A stretch of 57,044 nucleotides of DNA from Archangiaceae bacterium (GCA_043750125.1 JAYVCD010000415.1:1-57044), one strand, 5' to 3'. Shown: positions 17,870 to 28,912, counted from the first letter of the stretch. The notes: a model not told the origin generated them from the sequence alone. Translations and numbers: made by a program.

Positions 17870-20800
17870 CGCCCCAACCGCTCGAGAGCTCGGCGCGCCA
17901 CCGCGATGAAGGCGGGGCTGTCGAGCAACACTTCGGCCAGCTGCACCGCTTGAGGATCTTTGCCGCGAACCCGGGGGTCGAGCATCGCCAACACCCGCCC
18001 GGCAGAAAGCGAGGACGGGTAGGCATCGAACGCCAGCACCGCTGCGTCGACGAAGGCTTTGACCTCGCCCGGCTCTCGCAGGGTGTGGCCCTCTTCACCG
18101 AGCGCCAACGCCAGCGCCAGCACGTAGGTCAGCTCGGACTGGCCGTAGACGGCGAGGGCTCCGGCGCCGATCACCACCAACCCCGTCGCGGCAAGCCAGG
18201 CCTCGGGACCTCCGGTCGGGTCGAGACAGACGCTGATTCCCCTGGCGCCCAACCCCAGCAGCGCGTCGTCGAGCACGGCCTTCAGGCGCGGCATTGTCGA
18301 ATCGGTCACCGGCATCAACCCCTCGGGCACCGTGGGAAACTTGTACGCCCCCGGCGCATCGACCGCTTCTGCGCGCACCGAGACCGCCTGGGTTTCACCC
18401 GAAGTGAGGGCCGCTCCGAAGCCATCGGCCAAGGCCGCGTCGTCGACGCGATTGGCCTGGCGCAGCGCTTCGGCGAACAGCGTCCAGCCATCGGCATCAC
18501 CGGCGCTCTGAAGCAACCGGGGCCACAGGCTCGCCGCCAGCTCGGCGCCCTGCCGCGTGGGCGAGAGCCGTTCGGCGAGGTAGCGCAGGGTCTGCGGCCC
18601 GAGCTTGTTCTCGGCGACCATCTTCTGCCCCAACCGAACCGCCATCGGGACCAGGTCGGCCTGCAGGTACCCGGACAGAATTCCTTCCAGCTCGGCCGAC
18701 GAGGTGGTGACCCGCTCGCGCAGCTGCAACGCTTCGCCGGTGAAGCCCAGCGACGAGGCCAGGCTGGCGCGGCGGGCCAGATTGTCCGGTGTCTCGGGCA
18801 GCTTGCTCAACAACCGCAAGGCATCGCGTTGCCGTCCCTGCGCTTCGAACGCGTCGACCAGCGCCTGTTGGTAGCCCTCGACGGCTTCCGGGCCGGCCAG
18901 CTCGGTCAGCCGTTCGATCATCGAAATGAAGCGCGCGGGATCTTCGCCCTGGGTCAGCGAGGCGAGGTGACTGACCGCGCCCACCGAGGTGCTGTCGGCG
19001 ATCAACGCCAGCTCGAAGGCCTCGCGCGCAGCCTTCGGCTGATTGAGGTCCATCAACAGCAACTCCCCGCGCTCGAGCTGCAACGCCGACCGACCCGGGC
19101 CGTTCTCTTCCAGCGGCGCGAGCTCGACCAGAGTTGCGACCGCTTCTTCGATTCGCCCGGCGGCCTTGCGCAAATCCACCAGCTTGCGAAGCAGCATCTT
19201 TCGCAGCCCGGGCAGCTCACCCGCCGCCACCGCCCAGAGCGCTTCCCGGGTCGGCTCGTCCAGCGAGTCCGCGTGGGGCAGCAGCTGCTCGAGCAGCAGC
19301 GGGTTCGGATTCTTGAGCGCTTCGGTGATGACGAAGCTCAGCGTGCCCGTCTGGCGCAAGTGCTCGAGCGCGCGGGACGAGCCGAACTTCAGCAGCAGCC
19401 CAGACCACACCTTGTCCGCGCGCTCGGTGGCGCCCGACTGCTGCAGCGCCGCGGCGAGCCGTTGCAGCTGCGCTTCGTCTGCGGCCGCCTCGAGCTGCTT
19501 GGCCAGGCGGTCTGCGTGCACCGTGCTGCCGTCTTGCCCGGCCAGCGCCCACAGCGCCTCGGTGGCCCGGGCGGCGTCCTTTGCTGCGTCGGCCAGCTTC
19601 AACGCGCCGACGAAGTCCGAGCCGGCCATCAGCGGAACAAAGCCGACCGCCAGCGCGCGCACCGGAAGCTTCAACACCAGGAAGCGGTGAGCCAGCGCCG
19701 TCGGTGAGAGGGCGTCGGGGTGCTCGCGGGCGACCCGTTCGAGAACGTCGATCGCCTCTTCGGGCTCGTCGGCTTGTTCCCAGGCGGCGACCGCTTCGAC
19801 CAGCAACTGCCCTTGCTGCCGGGAATTCGCGACGCACAGGCCGGCGGCAGTGACCAGCGCCAGCGCGGCGCGACGCGGCTCTTTCATCGCGCGCGCCAGC
19901 TCGACCATCAGCAACAACACCTCGACCGAAGGACGCAGCGAGAGCGCTTCCCGGCTGGCCACCAACGCACGCTCGAGGTTTCCACCCTGCTGGAAGGCCC
20001 GGGTGGCGGCGATCAACCGGTTGCCTTTCTCGTCGCCCGCTTCGAGCGCTGCCCGCTGGATCAAGGCCTCACCGAGCGCGACCCCGTTGTCCTGCGACTG
20101 CTCGAGCGCAATCAAGGCATCGAGCGCGCCGAGGTAACCGGGGAACGAGGGTCCGCGGGCCCGCAGCCCTTCGAGCGCCGCGCGCGCGCCGGGAATGTCT
20201 CCCGCGCGATGACGAAGACCGGCCAGCTCCAACGACACTTCGGCCCCTGGCTCGTCCTCGAGGGTCGGCGCCAGCTGCGCCAGCGTCTGCAGCAGCCCGG
20301 CCTCGTCCCCCCGCCGACGCTGATCTTCGGCGAGGCGACTGAGCGCAGCCGCGTTGCCGGGGTCAATCTTGCTCGCCTTCTGCCGCAGGTCGGTCGCGCG
20401 GGCCGCGTCTTGAAACTCGCGCTCGACCAGGTCGGCGGCTTCGAGCAGCGCGTTGGCCCCTTGCTCTCCCCCGGCCGCTTCGGCGAACTGCTCATGCAGC
20501 CACAAGAGCTCGCCGCTCTTTCCCATCGACGACAGCGCTTGCCGGGCCCGGGCGTAGAACCCTTCGTCCGACGGAGACTGCCGCACCAACACCGACAGCG
20601 CGGCCATCGCGTCTTGCGGCTTCGAAGCGAGATCCGCTGCGCGTCGGTAGAGCGCGGTCGCCTCGGCGCCTTCGGCCAGCTGAGCGAGCTTCAACGTGGC
20701 GCGGAACAGCCCTTCGTTGTCCTGGGTCTGGGTGTACGTCTCGACCAGCAGCGAGAGCGCTTCGCGGCCTTTGGTTCCGTTCGGGTCCAGCAGCAGCACC

Positions 20801-23800
20801 GCTTCGAACGCTTCGGCCGCGTCGTGAAACGCCTTGGCTTCGAGGGCGGCGTGGCCCAACCGGTGCTGAAGCTTGAGCCGCACTTCGCTTCCCAGCCCTT
20901 CGCCTCCCAGCTGCAAGAGGTGGCGGTCGAAAGGCTGAGAAGCGCGCGGGCCGGCGCTGGCCGCCGCGAGCTCGGCGCGCTGACCCAGGGCCTCGAGATC
21001 ATCGCTGGATGCCGCGAGCAGATCGTCCCACGCCGCGGCGGCTTCCAGAGATTCGCCGGCGGTCGTCAGCAGCTGCGCGCGGCGCTTGAGCAGGTCGTTG
21101 GCTTCCGACGGCACCGCCCGGGCGCGCGCGAACAGCACGTCGGCCAACGCGCGGGGATCATTGCGCTCGCGCTCTTCGAGGGTGAGGAAGGCCCCGTCGT
21201 CTTCCGGAGCGGCCTCGAACGCCTGGTCCTCGCAGACCCGTGCCCGCTCGACCGCCCCGACCTCGCCAAAGGCCTTCGCCGCAGCCAGCCACCGCGTCGC
21301 CGCTTCGGGGCCGGACTCTTTTTCGGCCCGGCGGGAAAGCAGCACCGCGCGGCCCTGCATGTCGCCGGTCTCGGTGAGGAAGGTGAGGTGACGGGCGAAG
21401 GCGGGGTGGAACGGATCCGCCTCGAGCAACAAGGCATCGAAGTCCGCCGCTTCCGGGTGACGACCCAGCTCGTGAAGCTGATCTGCGACCAGCCCGGTCA
21501 GCGCCGCGTCATCGGGGTTGGCGGCGCGCGCGGCGAGCAGGGCGGCGGCCGCGGCGTGAGGCTGCTGGGCCTTCTCTTTGTAGAGCGCAGCCGCGCGCAG
21601 CAACAGCCGCGCGCGCTCAGGCAGCGACGTGGCGCGCAGCGCGGACTCTTCGAAGAACGCGGCGACATCGGCGACGCGGTCCTGCCGCTCGTACATCGCG
21701 AGCAACAGCGCCTCGGCAGCGGCATGCCCGGGAGCGAAGATCAGCGCCTGCTTCAGCGCGGCTTCGGCCTGGTCCGGAGCGAGCATCGGCGCGCCCGGCG
21801 GCAGCGCCTCGCCCGTCGACGACTGCGCGGTCATTCCCAGGTGCAGCCGCGCGAGCTGAACGAAGGCAGAGGCTTTTCCGTCGTGGTCGGCGAAAGATTC
21901 CAGCGTGCGCTCGAGCCAATCGATCTCGGCTTCGCGGTCGGCCCGGCGGCGGGCGAGCTCGATGCCCAGCGCCGCGGTCGAGGCCTGGCGATCGAGGACC
22001 CACGCTTGCTGCAGCGACTGCTCGGCTCCGAGCAGATCCAGCTTGCTGTCTCGCAGCAGCTGCGCCCTTCGGACCCACAACCCTGCGGCCCGCTCGGCCT
22101 CGCCTTGCTCGTCGCACAGCTCGGCCATCGTCTGCAGCGACTTGAGCGCTTCGTCGACCCGCCCCGCCTGCAGCGCCAGCTCGGCCTGTTCCCCGTACGT
22201 CTCGAGCGTCGCTTCGACTTCGCCGCCCATCAGCTGCAGCTGGGCCACCTGCAGCAGCTCGCCCATCAGCTCACCGGTGCGACCGGCATCGCGCAGCAGC
22301 TTCGCGCGCTCGAGGCGAATGGGCAGCGCAGCTTCTGACTGCTCGGCCGCGCGCGCGAACAGCTCGGCGGGAAGATCAAAGTCCGCCAGCTCTTCACGGG
22401 CGCGACGGGCCAGCTGCAGCAGCCGTTCGACCGTGCGAGGCGAGGGCGAGAGCGCGCGAGCGTGGGTGGCCAACAGCCCGAGCGCTTCTCGAGGATTGCG
22501 CGGGTACACCAGCGCCGCGAGCCGTTCGACCGCCACCGCGTTCAAGGGCCGCTCTTGCCACAGCCTGCGCAGCGTCTGCTCGGCCAGCGGGGCATCGCCG
22601 GTCTGCTCGGCGAGGTCGGCCAGGCGCAGCAACGCCCCTTCGGCCTCATCGGGATCATCGGCGAAATCGAGCTCGGCGGTCAGCTGCTGCTGCAGCGGAA
22701 GCGCCTCGCGCACCGCGCCGTGCAGGTAGAGCAGGTTCGCCAACGTCTGCAGCTGCGCTCCGAGCGCGGGGACCTGGGCGTGGGCCTTGCGGTACAGGCG
22801 CAGCGCGCGCGCCTCGTCCGACGCGGTGTGCGCCAGGGCCGCGGCTTCGCGCAGCAGCGCGGCACTCTCTTCGGCGGTGGAAGTCGCGGCGGCCTCTTCC
22901 AACAGCCGGGTTGCGTCTTCGACTTCTCCGCGCGGAGCCAGCAGCGCAGCCAGTCGGCGGCGAGCGCCCACGTCGGTCGGGTCGAGCGAAACGACCCGCT
23001 TGAGCGCCGCTTCGCCCGGGCCGGTGAGCCCGAGTTGATCGAGGTACAGGCCTGCCAGCTCGGCAAACAACGCAGCCGCCTGCTGCCGCGGAGTCTGCGC
23101 CGCCTCGGTCGCCACCACCTCGGCAAGGGCGGCCCAGTCCTGCACCGCGCGCAGGTTTCGCTTCAGGGCGATCAGCAACTGGGGGTGACGGGGCGCCAGC
23201 GCGAGCGCCGCCTCGAGGGCAAAGATGGCTTCCGTCCGCACGTCGCGCGCTTCGAGCAGCCCGGCCCGCTCGAGCAGCGCCTCGACCCGGCGGGGAACCG
23301 GGCCCTGCTTCGAGGCCTCGAGCAGCGCGACTTCGGCGCGGCGCGCATCGCCGGTCGCCCGCGCGGCCGCCGCCACTCCGAGAAACGCCTCGCAGCGATC
23401 GTCCTTGGACAGCGGCAGGCTCGTCGCCAGCTCGAACGCTTCGCCGGCTTTGGCCGCTTCCTGCCGCTGGGCCCGGGCGCGCGCGACGAACAGCACCCGT
23501 TCGACCGCGTCGGCCACCAGCGCTTCGTCGCTTACGCCCCGTGCCAGCGCCAGTCGCCACGCCTCGAGCTCGATCGCGTCGTCTTCTGAGAGCCGCGCCA
23601 CTTCCGCCAGCTTGCGCAGCAGGGGAACGGGGCGGGTGGCGAGCGCAGCAGCGGCGGCCAGATCCGCGCGCGCCTCGTCCAGGGACCCACGGGCCCGGTG
23701 CAGCTCGGCGCGCTGCGACAACAGCTGCGCGCGTCGGTCGCCTTCGGCCTCGGTGATCAGCAGGCTGATCAGGCTCGAGCGTTCCTCGAGCGTGGCGTCT

Positions 23801-26800
23801 TCGATCGGCAGCAGCTTGAGCAGCTCGGCCGCCGACCAGGTGTCCCCCGGCTCGTCTTCCAGCGCGCTGCGCAGCGTCTGGCGCGCCTCGTCGAGGCGGT
23901 TGAGCTGCAGCGTGCCTTCGGCATATTCGCGGCGGGCGGTTCGCCGGCCCTGCCCTTCGAGCCGCGGCCACAGCTCGCCGAGCAAGTCGACCAGCGCCTC
24001 AGTGGCTCCGGCCCGGCGGTGCAGCTTCGCCAGCTCGAGGGAAACTTCGAGGTCTTCGGGCCGCCAGGCGGCGTACTGGGCGAGCAGGGTGCGGGCCGTC
24101 TGCTCCTGGTGCGCATGCACCGCGGCGAACCCGGCCTTGCGCAGCAGAGCGGGCCGGTCGATGCGGACCAGCTCGGGATCCGTCTCGTCGGTGCTGAGCA
24201 CCACCTCGAGATCCGCCAGAGCGGTCTTCGGGTCGGCCTGAAACACCAGCTCGGCGTGCCGAAGGCGGGCGGGGACGAACGCTCCATCGCGCTCGAGCGC
24301 CTGCGCCAGGTAGGTCTCTTCGCGGGTGGTCCCCTGGGCCAGGCTGCTGGCCTTGAAGAACCAGCGCGCGGCGGGGCGGGCGACTTTTTCCAGACCGGCG
24401 CGGCGGGCGTACAGCTTGGCGGCCTCGAGCCGTTCGCCCCGTTCGAGCTCGAGGTCTCCCATCGCCTCGAGGGCATCGCCCGCCTTCTCGCCGTTGGGCG
24501 CCGCTTCGAGCACCGCGGCCAACCGCAGCTGGGCGCCGGCGCGATCTCCGGCGTCGAGCAACGCCTGGGCGCTCTTGAAGAACAGCACCGCGGCATCGGC
24601 CGGGCGGCTGGCCTGCAGCAGCGCCTGCGCTCGGGCGGCCCACAGGTCGGTCAGCTCGCGGTGGAAGTTGCCTTCCTCGTAGAGCGCTTCCAGGCGATCG
24701 CACAGCTCGTCATCGAGCCGGCGCAGCGGGAAGGCGAGCGCATAGTTCTCGCGCGCGGCGTCTTTGTCGCCCAGCGAATCGCAGGCCTTGCCGAGCCGGG
24801 CGCGAACCTCGGCGAGCTTCTCGGGCGCCGCGTGCTTGGGCAGCAACGAGAGCACGTCTTCGAGGGCGCGGCGGGCATTGGTCGGGCGCTCGATGCGCAG
24901 CGAGAGGTTGGCGAGGTCGAGCAGCGCGTTGACTTCCGGAAACAGGCGCGCGGCTTTTTCCAGCGCGACCAGCGCCTCGCCGGGTCGACCCAGCCGCGCC
25001 TCGAGCACCTGCCCCAGCTCGCGCAGCGCCGCGGCGGCCAGGCGCTTGTCTCCGTGGGTCTCGGCAGCGATCGCCCGCCGCTCGAGCGCCCAGGCGAGCC
25101 CCGCCATGTCCGCGCGTCGGCGCTGCAGCGCACACAGCTCGCCGAGGGCCGGCAGATCTTCGGGCTCGACCTTGAGCACTTCGGCGAACGCCCACGCGGC
25201 CAGCTCGAGGTCGAACGACAGGTCTCGACCGGCGACCGCGAGCCGCCGCAGGTGTCGCACCCGCTCTTTGGGCTCTTCGGTCAGCAGCGCGAGCGCCTTC
25301 AGACAGCGGCCCAGCTGCGGCCCATCGCGGCGCGCCTCGGCCAGCGCGAGCAGACCTTCGAGCGCGCTGCGATTGCGCGGGTCGGCTTCGACGGCCTGGT
25401 TGAGCAGGCGTTCGGCCTTCTCGGGCTGGGCCAGCTGGTTGCGGTACAGCTCGCCGGCTTCGGCCCACAGCGCCGCGCGCCGAAAGCCGTCGTCGACGAC
25501 CGCGGCGGCTTTTTCCAGCGCATCGGCGAGCTCGACGGCGCGACCGGTCGACCGGAAATGGGGAAGCAGCTCGTCGAGCGCCGACAGGTCGGTGGGGACC
25601 AGCGCGAACGCGGCCTCGAGGTGGTCCTTGGCGCGCGCCGGCTCGGACAGCTTGCCCTTGTAGAGTTTGGCCAGCGCGTGGTGCGACTGGTGCGCCGCGA
25701 GTCGGGCCGTCTCGTGGGCCGGAGCGGGACCCGCAAGCTCAATCGCCTGCTGGTAGCCCGCGACCGCTTCCTGGGTCCGGCCCAGCGCATCGGCGACGCG
25801 CGCCGAGAGGTAGAGCGGCTCGGGGTCTCCGGGCAAAAGGGAAGCCGACTCGCGATAGCGCAGCAGGGCGTTCTCGAGCTGCTTGAGGCCCAGTTCCCAG
25901 ACCTGACCTGCGAGCAGATTCGCGCGGCCGATGCGATCGACCTCGTGGCGCGCCAGGCCCACGTCTCGCAGCCGGTCGAGCGCTTTGATCGCGCGCAAGA
26001 ATTCGCCGCTCTTGAAGCACAGCTCTCCCAACTGCAGCAGCGCGTCGGGGTGGTCGGGCAGCAGCCGCAGCGCCGCTTCGCAGTGAAGCCGCGCACCCGG
26101 AATGTCGTCGTCGGTCTGGGCGCACAGCCGGGCCAACTGCACGTGGGCGTCGGCGGCGTCGGCGGGATCCCGGGCGAGCGCGGTGAGGCGGCGGTAGGCG
26201 CGAATCGCTCCGGCGCGATCTTTGGCCTGGTCGGAAGCGCGGGCCAGCGCCTTGAGCGAGGGAAGGTGATCTGGCTTGAGCCCGAGCAGCTCGTGCAGCG
26301 CCTTGACCGCCATCTGCGGGGCGTGATCTCGCGCCGCGCGGGCTCCGGCTTCGGCGGCAAAAAACGCTCCGGCTTCTTCCTGTTGGCGGCGAGCGAGGTT
26401 GCACAGCGCCAGGTACCGCTCGGACGCGCGGGCGAACTCTCCGCGCCGCTCGCGAATCACGGCCTCGGACCACAGCGCGGTGGCGCTCTTCTCTCGCCGG
26501 CGGTGCAGCGACGCGGCGATGTCGAGCGCCATCTCGTGCGCCTGCGGGTCGGCCACCAGCAAGGTCAGCAGCCGTTCGACCGCGAACGGGTGGGCCTCGG
26601 TGGCATCGCCCAGCTTCAAATAAGCCTCGCGGGCCTCGAGCAGCTTTCCTTCCGCGAGCAGCTCTTCGGCGTCGGCAAACGCCCGCGCCCCTTCGAGCGT
26701 CAGCAGCAGCTCTTCGTCGGGCGGCGAAGGCGGAGGCAGCCCTCCCGACGAGAAGCGCAACCGCAGCCCCTTGCCGGAAATCGACGCTTCGGCCAGGCGG

Positions 26801-27426
26801 GCCTGGTCGAGGGAAGGCATCTTGAAGCCGCGCGCGACGGCCGCCCGCTCGACCAGAGTAGGAAGGATGGCGGTCGAGAACCCGTTGGCCCCGCGCCGCT
26901 CGAGCTGGGGGAGGAACCCCGACGCGCTCTCTTGCAACCCCTGGGTGACGAGCGCCGGCAGCCGCGCGGCGGGCACCGAAGCCCAGGCGTAGAAGCGCAC
27001 GTCGTAGAGGTAGACGGCCAGCTTTTCGGCATCGCCATCGAACGCGGCCTTGAAGGTGAGCGCCGCCCGCTCGCTGGTCCGCAGCCGGGCCTGGACCTCG
27101 AGGTAGCCGGGGCGGAAGTGAAGCTTGAGCTCGTCGAGCTCGCCCAGCTTTCCGGCCAGGGCGGCGACGTGCCGGTGAATGACTTCGGCGTCGATGTTGA
27201 GCTCGAGCAGCCCGAAATCGAGCTTCTTCTTCTGGTACTTCGAGGCCCCACCCGAGAGGTTCATCGGGAAGGTCACGTCCGGAATCTGGAGCGCGAAGTC
27301 GGTGATGGTGACGCCCGGCGCGAGCTTCAGCTCTGGGAAGCCCACGAAGGCGCGCCGGTCGATGAGACGCAGCTCTGGCCCGGGGCTTCGTGCTTCCTTT
27401 TTTGTGTTGTCGGGTTCCTGCGCCAT
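17866..27426 (-). CDS. Giant TPR/alpha-solenoid protein (3186 aa)
   Basis: Uninterrupted ORF rich in Ala, Leu, Glu and Arg with many TPR-like helix pairs (A...P....A...L); N-terminal ~230 aa is a non-TPR domain. Confidence 0.9.
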   Translation of the reverse strand: MAQEPDNTKKEARSPGPELRLIDRRAFVGFPELKLAPGVTITDFALQIPDVTFPMNLSGGASKYQKKKLDFGLLELNIDAEVIHRHVAALAGKLGELDELKLHFRPGYLEVQARLRTSERAALTFKAAFDGDAEKLAVYLYDVRFYAWASVPAARLPALVTQGLQESASGFLPQLERRGANGFSTAILPTLVERAAVARGFKMPSLDQARLAEASISGKGLRLRFSSGGLPPPSPPDEELLLTLEGARAFADAEELLAEGKLLEAREAYLKLGDATEAHPFAVERLLTLLVADPQAHEMALDIAASLHRRREKSATALWSEAVIRERRGEFARASERYLALCNLARRQQEEAGAFFAAEAGARAARDHAPQMAVKALHELLGLKPDHLPSLKALARASDQAKDRAGAIRAYRRLTALARDPADAADAHVQLARLCAQTDDDIPGARLHCEAALRLLPDHPDALLQLGELCFKSGEFLRAIKALDRLRDVGLARHEVDRIGRANLLAGQVWELGLKQLENALLRYRESASLLPGDPEPLYLSARVADALGRTQEAVAGYQQAIELAGPAPAHETARLAAHQSHHALAKLYKGKLSEPARAKDHLEAAFALVPTDLSALDELLPHFRSTGRAVELADALEKAAAVVDDGFRRAALWAEAGELYRNQLAQPEKAERLLNQAVEADPRNRSALEGLLALAEARRDGPQLGRCLKALALLTEEPKERVRHLRRLAVAGRDLSFDLELAAWAFAEVLKVEPEDLPALGELCALQRRRADMAGLAWALERRAIAAETHGDKRLAAAALRELGQVLEARLGRPGEALVALEKAARLFPEVNALLDLANLSLRIERPTNARRALEDVLSLLPKHAAPEKLAEVRARLGKACDSLGDKDAARENYALAFPLRRLDDELCDRLEALYEEGNFHRELTDLWAARAQALLQASRPADAAVLFFKSAQALLDAGDRAGAQLRLAAVLEAAPNGEKAGDALEAMGDLELERGERLEAAKLYARRAGLEKVARPAARWFFKASSLAQGTTREETYLAQALERDGAFVPARLRHAELVFQADPKTALADLEVVLSTDETDPELVRIDRPALLRKAGFAAVHAHQEQTARTLLAQYAAWRPEDLEVSLELAKLHRRAGATEALVDLLGELWPRLEGQGRRTARREYAEGTLQLNRLDEARQTLRSALEDEPGDTWSAAELLKLLPIEDATLEERSSLISLLITEAEGDRRAQLLSQRAELHRARGSLDEARADLAAAAALATRPVPLLRKLAEVARLSEDDAIELEAWRLALARGVSDEALVADAVERVLFVARARAQRQEAAKAGEAFELATSLPLSKDDRCEAFLGVAAAARATGDARRAEVALLEASKQGPVPRRVEALLERAGLLEARDVRTEAIFALEAALALAPRHPQLLIALKRNLRAVQDWAALAEVVATEAAQTPRQQAAALFAELAGLYLDQLGLTGPGEAALKRVVSLDPTDVGARRRLAALLAPRGEVEDATRLLEEAAATSTAEESAALLREAAALAHTASDEARALRLYRKAHAQVPALGAQLQTLANLLYLHGAVREALPLQQQLTAELDFADDPDEAEGALLRLADLAEQTGDAPLAEQTLRRLWQERPLNAVAVERLAALVYPRNPREALGLLATHARALSPSPRTVERLLQLARRAREELADFDLPAELFARAAEQSEAALPIRLERAKLLRDAGRTGELMGELLQVAQLQLMGGEVEATLETYGEQAELALQAGRVDEALKSLQTMAELCDEQGEAERAAGLWVRRAQLLRDSKLDLLGAEQSLQQAWVLDRQASTAALGIELARRRADREAEIDWLERTLESFADHDGKASAFVQLARLHLGMTAQSSTGEALPPGAPMLAPDQAEAALKQALIFAPGHAAAEALLLAMYERQDRVADVAAFFEESALRATSLPERARLLLRAAALYKEKAQQPHAAAAALLAARAANPDDAALTGLVADQLHELGRHPEAADFDALLLEADPFHPAFARHLTFLTETGDMQGRAVLLSRRAEKESGPEAATRWLAAAKAFGEVGAVERARVCEDQAFEAAPEDDGAFLTLEERERNDPRALADVLFARARAVPSEANDLLKRRAQLLTTAGESLEAAAAWDDLLAASSDDLEALGQRAELAAASAGPRASQPFDRHLLQLGGEGLGSEVRLKLQHRLGHAALEAKAFHDAAEAFEAVLLLDPNGTKGREALSLLVETYTQTQDNEGLFRATLKLAQLAEGAEATALYRRAADLASKPQDAMAALSVLVRQSPSDEGFYARARQALSSMGKSGELLWLHEQFAEAAGGEQGANALLEAADLVEREFQDAARATDLRQKASKIDPGNAAALSRLAEDQRRRGDEAGLLQTLAQLAPTLEDEPGAEVSLELAGLRHRAGDIPGARAALEGLRARGPSFPGYLGALDALIALEQSQDNGVALGEALIQRAALEAGDEKGNRLIAATRAFQQGGNLERALVASREALSLRPSVEVLLLMVELARAMKEPRRAALALVTAAGLCVANSRQQGQLLVEAVAAWEQADEPEEAIDVLERVAREHPDALSPTALAHRFLVLKLPVRALAVGFVPLMAGSDFVGALKLADAAKDAARATEALWALAGQDGSTVHADRLAKQLEAAADEAQLQRLAAALQQSGATERADKVWSGLLLKFGSSRALEHLRQTGTLSFVITEALKNPNPLLLEQLLPHADSLDEPTREALWAVAAGELPGLRKMLLRKLVDLRKAAGRIEEAVATLVELAPLEENGPGRSALQLERGELLLMDLNQPKAAREAFELALIADSTSVGAVSHLASLTQGEDPARFISMIERLTELAGPEAVEGYQQALVDAFEAQGRQRDALRLLSKLPETPDNLARRASLASSLGFTGEALQLRERVTTSSAELEGILSGYLQADLVPMAVRLGQKMVAENKLGPQTLRYLAERLSPTRQGAELAASLWPRLLQSAGDADGWTLFAEALRQANRVDDAALADGFGAALTSGETQAVSVRAEAVDAPGAYKFPTVPEGLMPVTDSTMPRLKAVLDDALLGLGARGISVCLDPTGGPEAWLAATGLVVIGAGALAVYGQSELTYVLALALALGEEGHTLREPGEVKAFVDAAVLAFDAYPSSLSAGRVLAMLDPRVRGKDPQAVQLAEVLLDSPAFIAVARRALERLGR

Positions 27427-27555
27427 CCGTCGCTACATAGGTGAGAGCGGAGCGCGAACCGTACCACCCTGAACAATCCGCCCAAACAAAACGGTCGGAC
27501 GAAGATCGCCCCCCCACCTTCCCGTCGGGCGGCCAGTTGGGTACCCTTTGACTTC

Positions 27556-28041
27556 ATGTTTGCCGCCCTCCACCACACGAAGCGACGTTCGTCCCGAGCC
27601 CCCATCGCAGCGGCCGCCCAGGTCGCCGTGGGCCTCGAGAGATTTCCGGCCACCATCAGCCAAATCAGCGAGGGTGGCCTGCGGCTCGAGACGGACCTCG
27701 AGCTGCCCAAAGCTCGGCTGGTCGTCGCTTTCGACCTTCCCGGGTTCGGCGCCCAGCGCATCCTCGGCGAGGTCTGTTGGCAGAAGCTGACCCCCAAGGC
27801 GCGCGGTTACGGCTGCGCGTTCAAAGAGCTCTCGGCCTCGACCCACCTCAACATCACCAGCTACGTGAAGAAGATGAAGCAGGCCTGCTCGGACCTGCAG
27901 TTCGCGCTGGCGATGAACAAGCCGCGTGGGGCGTGGGACGCGCTGGCGCGCGAAGTGGGAGTGGCGCACCTCACCGACCGGCTGGAAATCAAGAATTTCC
28001 TTGGCCGGGCGATGGAGCAGCTGCAGTCCGCCAGCCGGTAA
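27556..28041 (+). CDS. PilZ-like domain protein
   Basis: RxxxR (KRRSSR) and QISEGG motifs, GEVCW...GYGCAF, plus a C-terminal helical extension. Confidence 0.75.
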   Translation: MFAALHHTKRRSSRAPIAAAAQVAVGLERFPATISQISEGGLRLETDLELPKARLVVAFDLPGFGAQRILGEVCWQKLTPKARGYGCAFKELSASTHLNITSYVKKMKQACSDLQFALAMNKPRGAWDALAREVGVAHLTDRLEIKNFLGRAMEQLQSASR

Positions 28042-28068
28042 TCGCAGCCTTCCGAAAAACGCAAAAGA

Positions 28069-28102
28069 GCCCTCCAAAAACGTCTTGGAGGGCCCCCCTT
28101 TT
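28069..28102 (+). terminator. Intrinsic-terminator-like hairpin between convergent genes
   Basis: gccctccaa-N7-ttggagggc stem with an A-run upstream and a T-run shortly downstream. Confidence 0.55.
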
Positions 28103-28123
28103 GTTGAAAGCTGAAGTTTTGGA

Positions 28124-28900
28124 TTACGGGACGACGACGCCGATCAGCAGCGCGATGGCGCCTTCAATTCCGCGCTCGGCGTTGGACTTCGTCGCGTAGG
28201 TCTCGCCGCTGGCGATGACCGCACCGTTGGCCGCCTTGAGGACGAAGTAGTACTGGCCGTCGGACGCCTCCCGCAGCTCGTAGCGGGCGGCGATCGAGCC
28301 GTTGGTCTGGACCGAGGCGACGCCGTTTCGAGCGCTGGCGGCGGTGGTGTAGGACTGCGACTGGAGGACAATCTCTCCGTTCGCGGCGCGGGCGTGGAAG
28401 TAGTACTTCGAATCGAGGCCGGTGAAGGTCTCGAAGCGGGCGCCCATCACGACCGGAGCCTGCGCGAAGGTGACCTTCAAGACCGCGACGACGCTGTTGA
28501 TCGCGCGGGCGGTGTTCGAGGCCGACGCGTACATCTGGCTGACGCCAATCACCGCACCGTTGCCCGCTTTGAGCACGAAGTAGGACGCGCCATCGACCGC
28601 GGTGCGCGAGACGAACCGCTCGACCAACACCCCATTGGTCTTGACCGACGCGATGCCCGCTTCGGCGCTGGCGAGCGTGGTGTAGCCCTGCGAAGCGAGG
28701 ATCTTCTCGCCGTTGCCGGCCAGCAGGTGGAAGTACGTCTTCGCATCGCTGCCGACGAACGTCTCGAAACGGCCCTTGGCGATCAGTGCGTCCTGGTTCT
28801 GGTCGAGGACATCCGATTCGGCGGCCGGGGTGCTGTCGATTCCACAAGCGGTGAGCAGCGCGAAAGAGGCGAGCACGGCGGTGAGTTTGAAGAAGTTCAT
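28124..28900 (-). CDS. Lipoprotein with four DUF1508 (YegP-like) repeats
   Basis: Lipobox LTAC; four repeats of F....DG.YYF.L.A.NG.VI..S..Y.....A..G...V. Confidence 0.85.
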   Translation of the reverse strand: MNFFKLTAVLASFALLTACGIDSTPAAESDVLDQNQDALIAKGRFETFVGSDAKTYFHLLAGNGEKILASQGYTTLASAEAGIASVKTNGVLVERFVSRTAVDGASYFVLKAGNGAVIGVSQMYASASNTARAINSVVAVLKVTFAQAPVVMGARFETFTGLDSKYYFHARAANGEIVLQSQSYTTAASARNGVASVQTNGSIAARYELREASDGQYYFVLKAANGAVIASGETYATKSNAERGIEGAIALLIGVVVP

Positions 28901-28912
28901 GCTGGGACCTTG

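Noticed and set aside
23698-27444. 1248-aa plus-strand ORF, and similar long ORFs such as 1046..2938, 19720..22338, 32819..34843, 35279..37468 and 50691..52793
   Set aside because: Antisense shadows of real genes caused by high-GC codon bias; no motifs.
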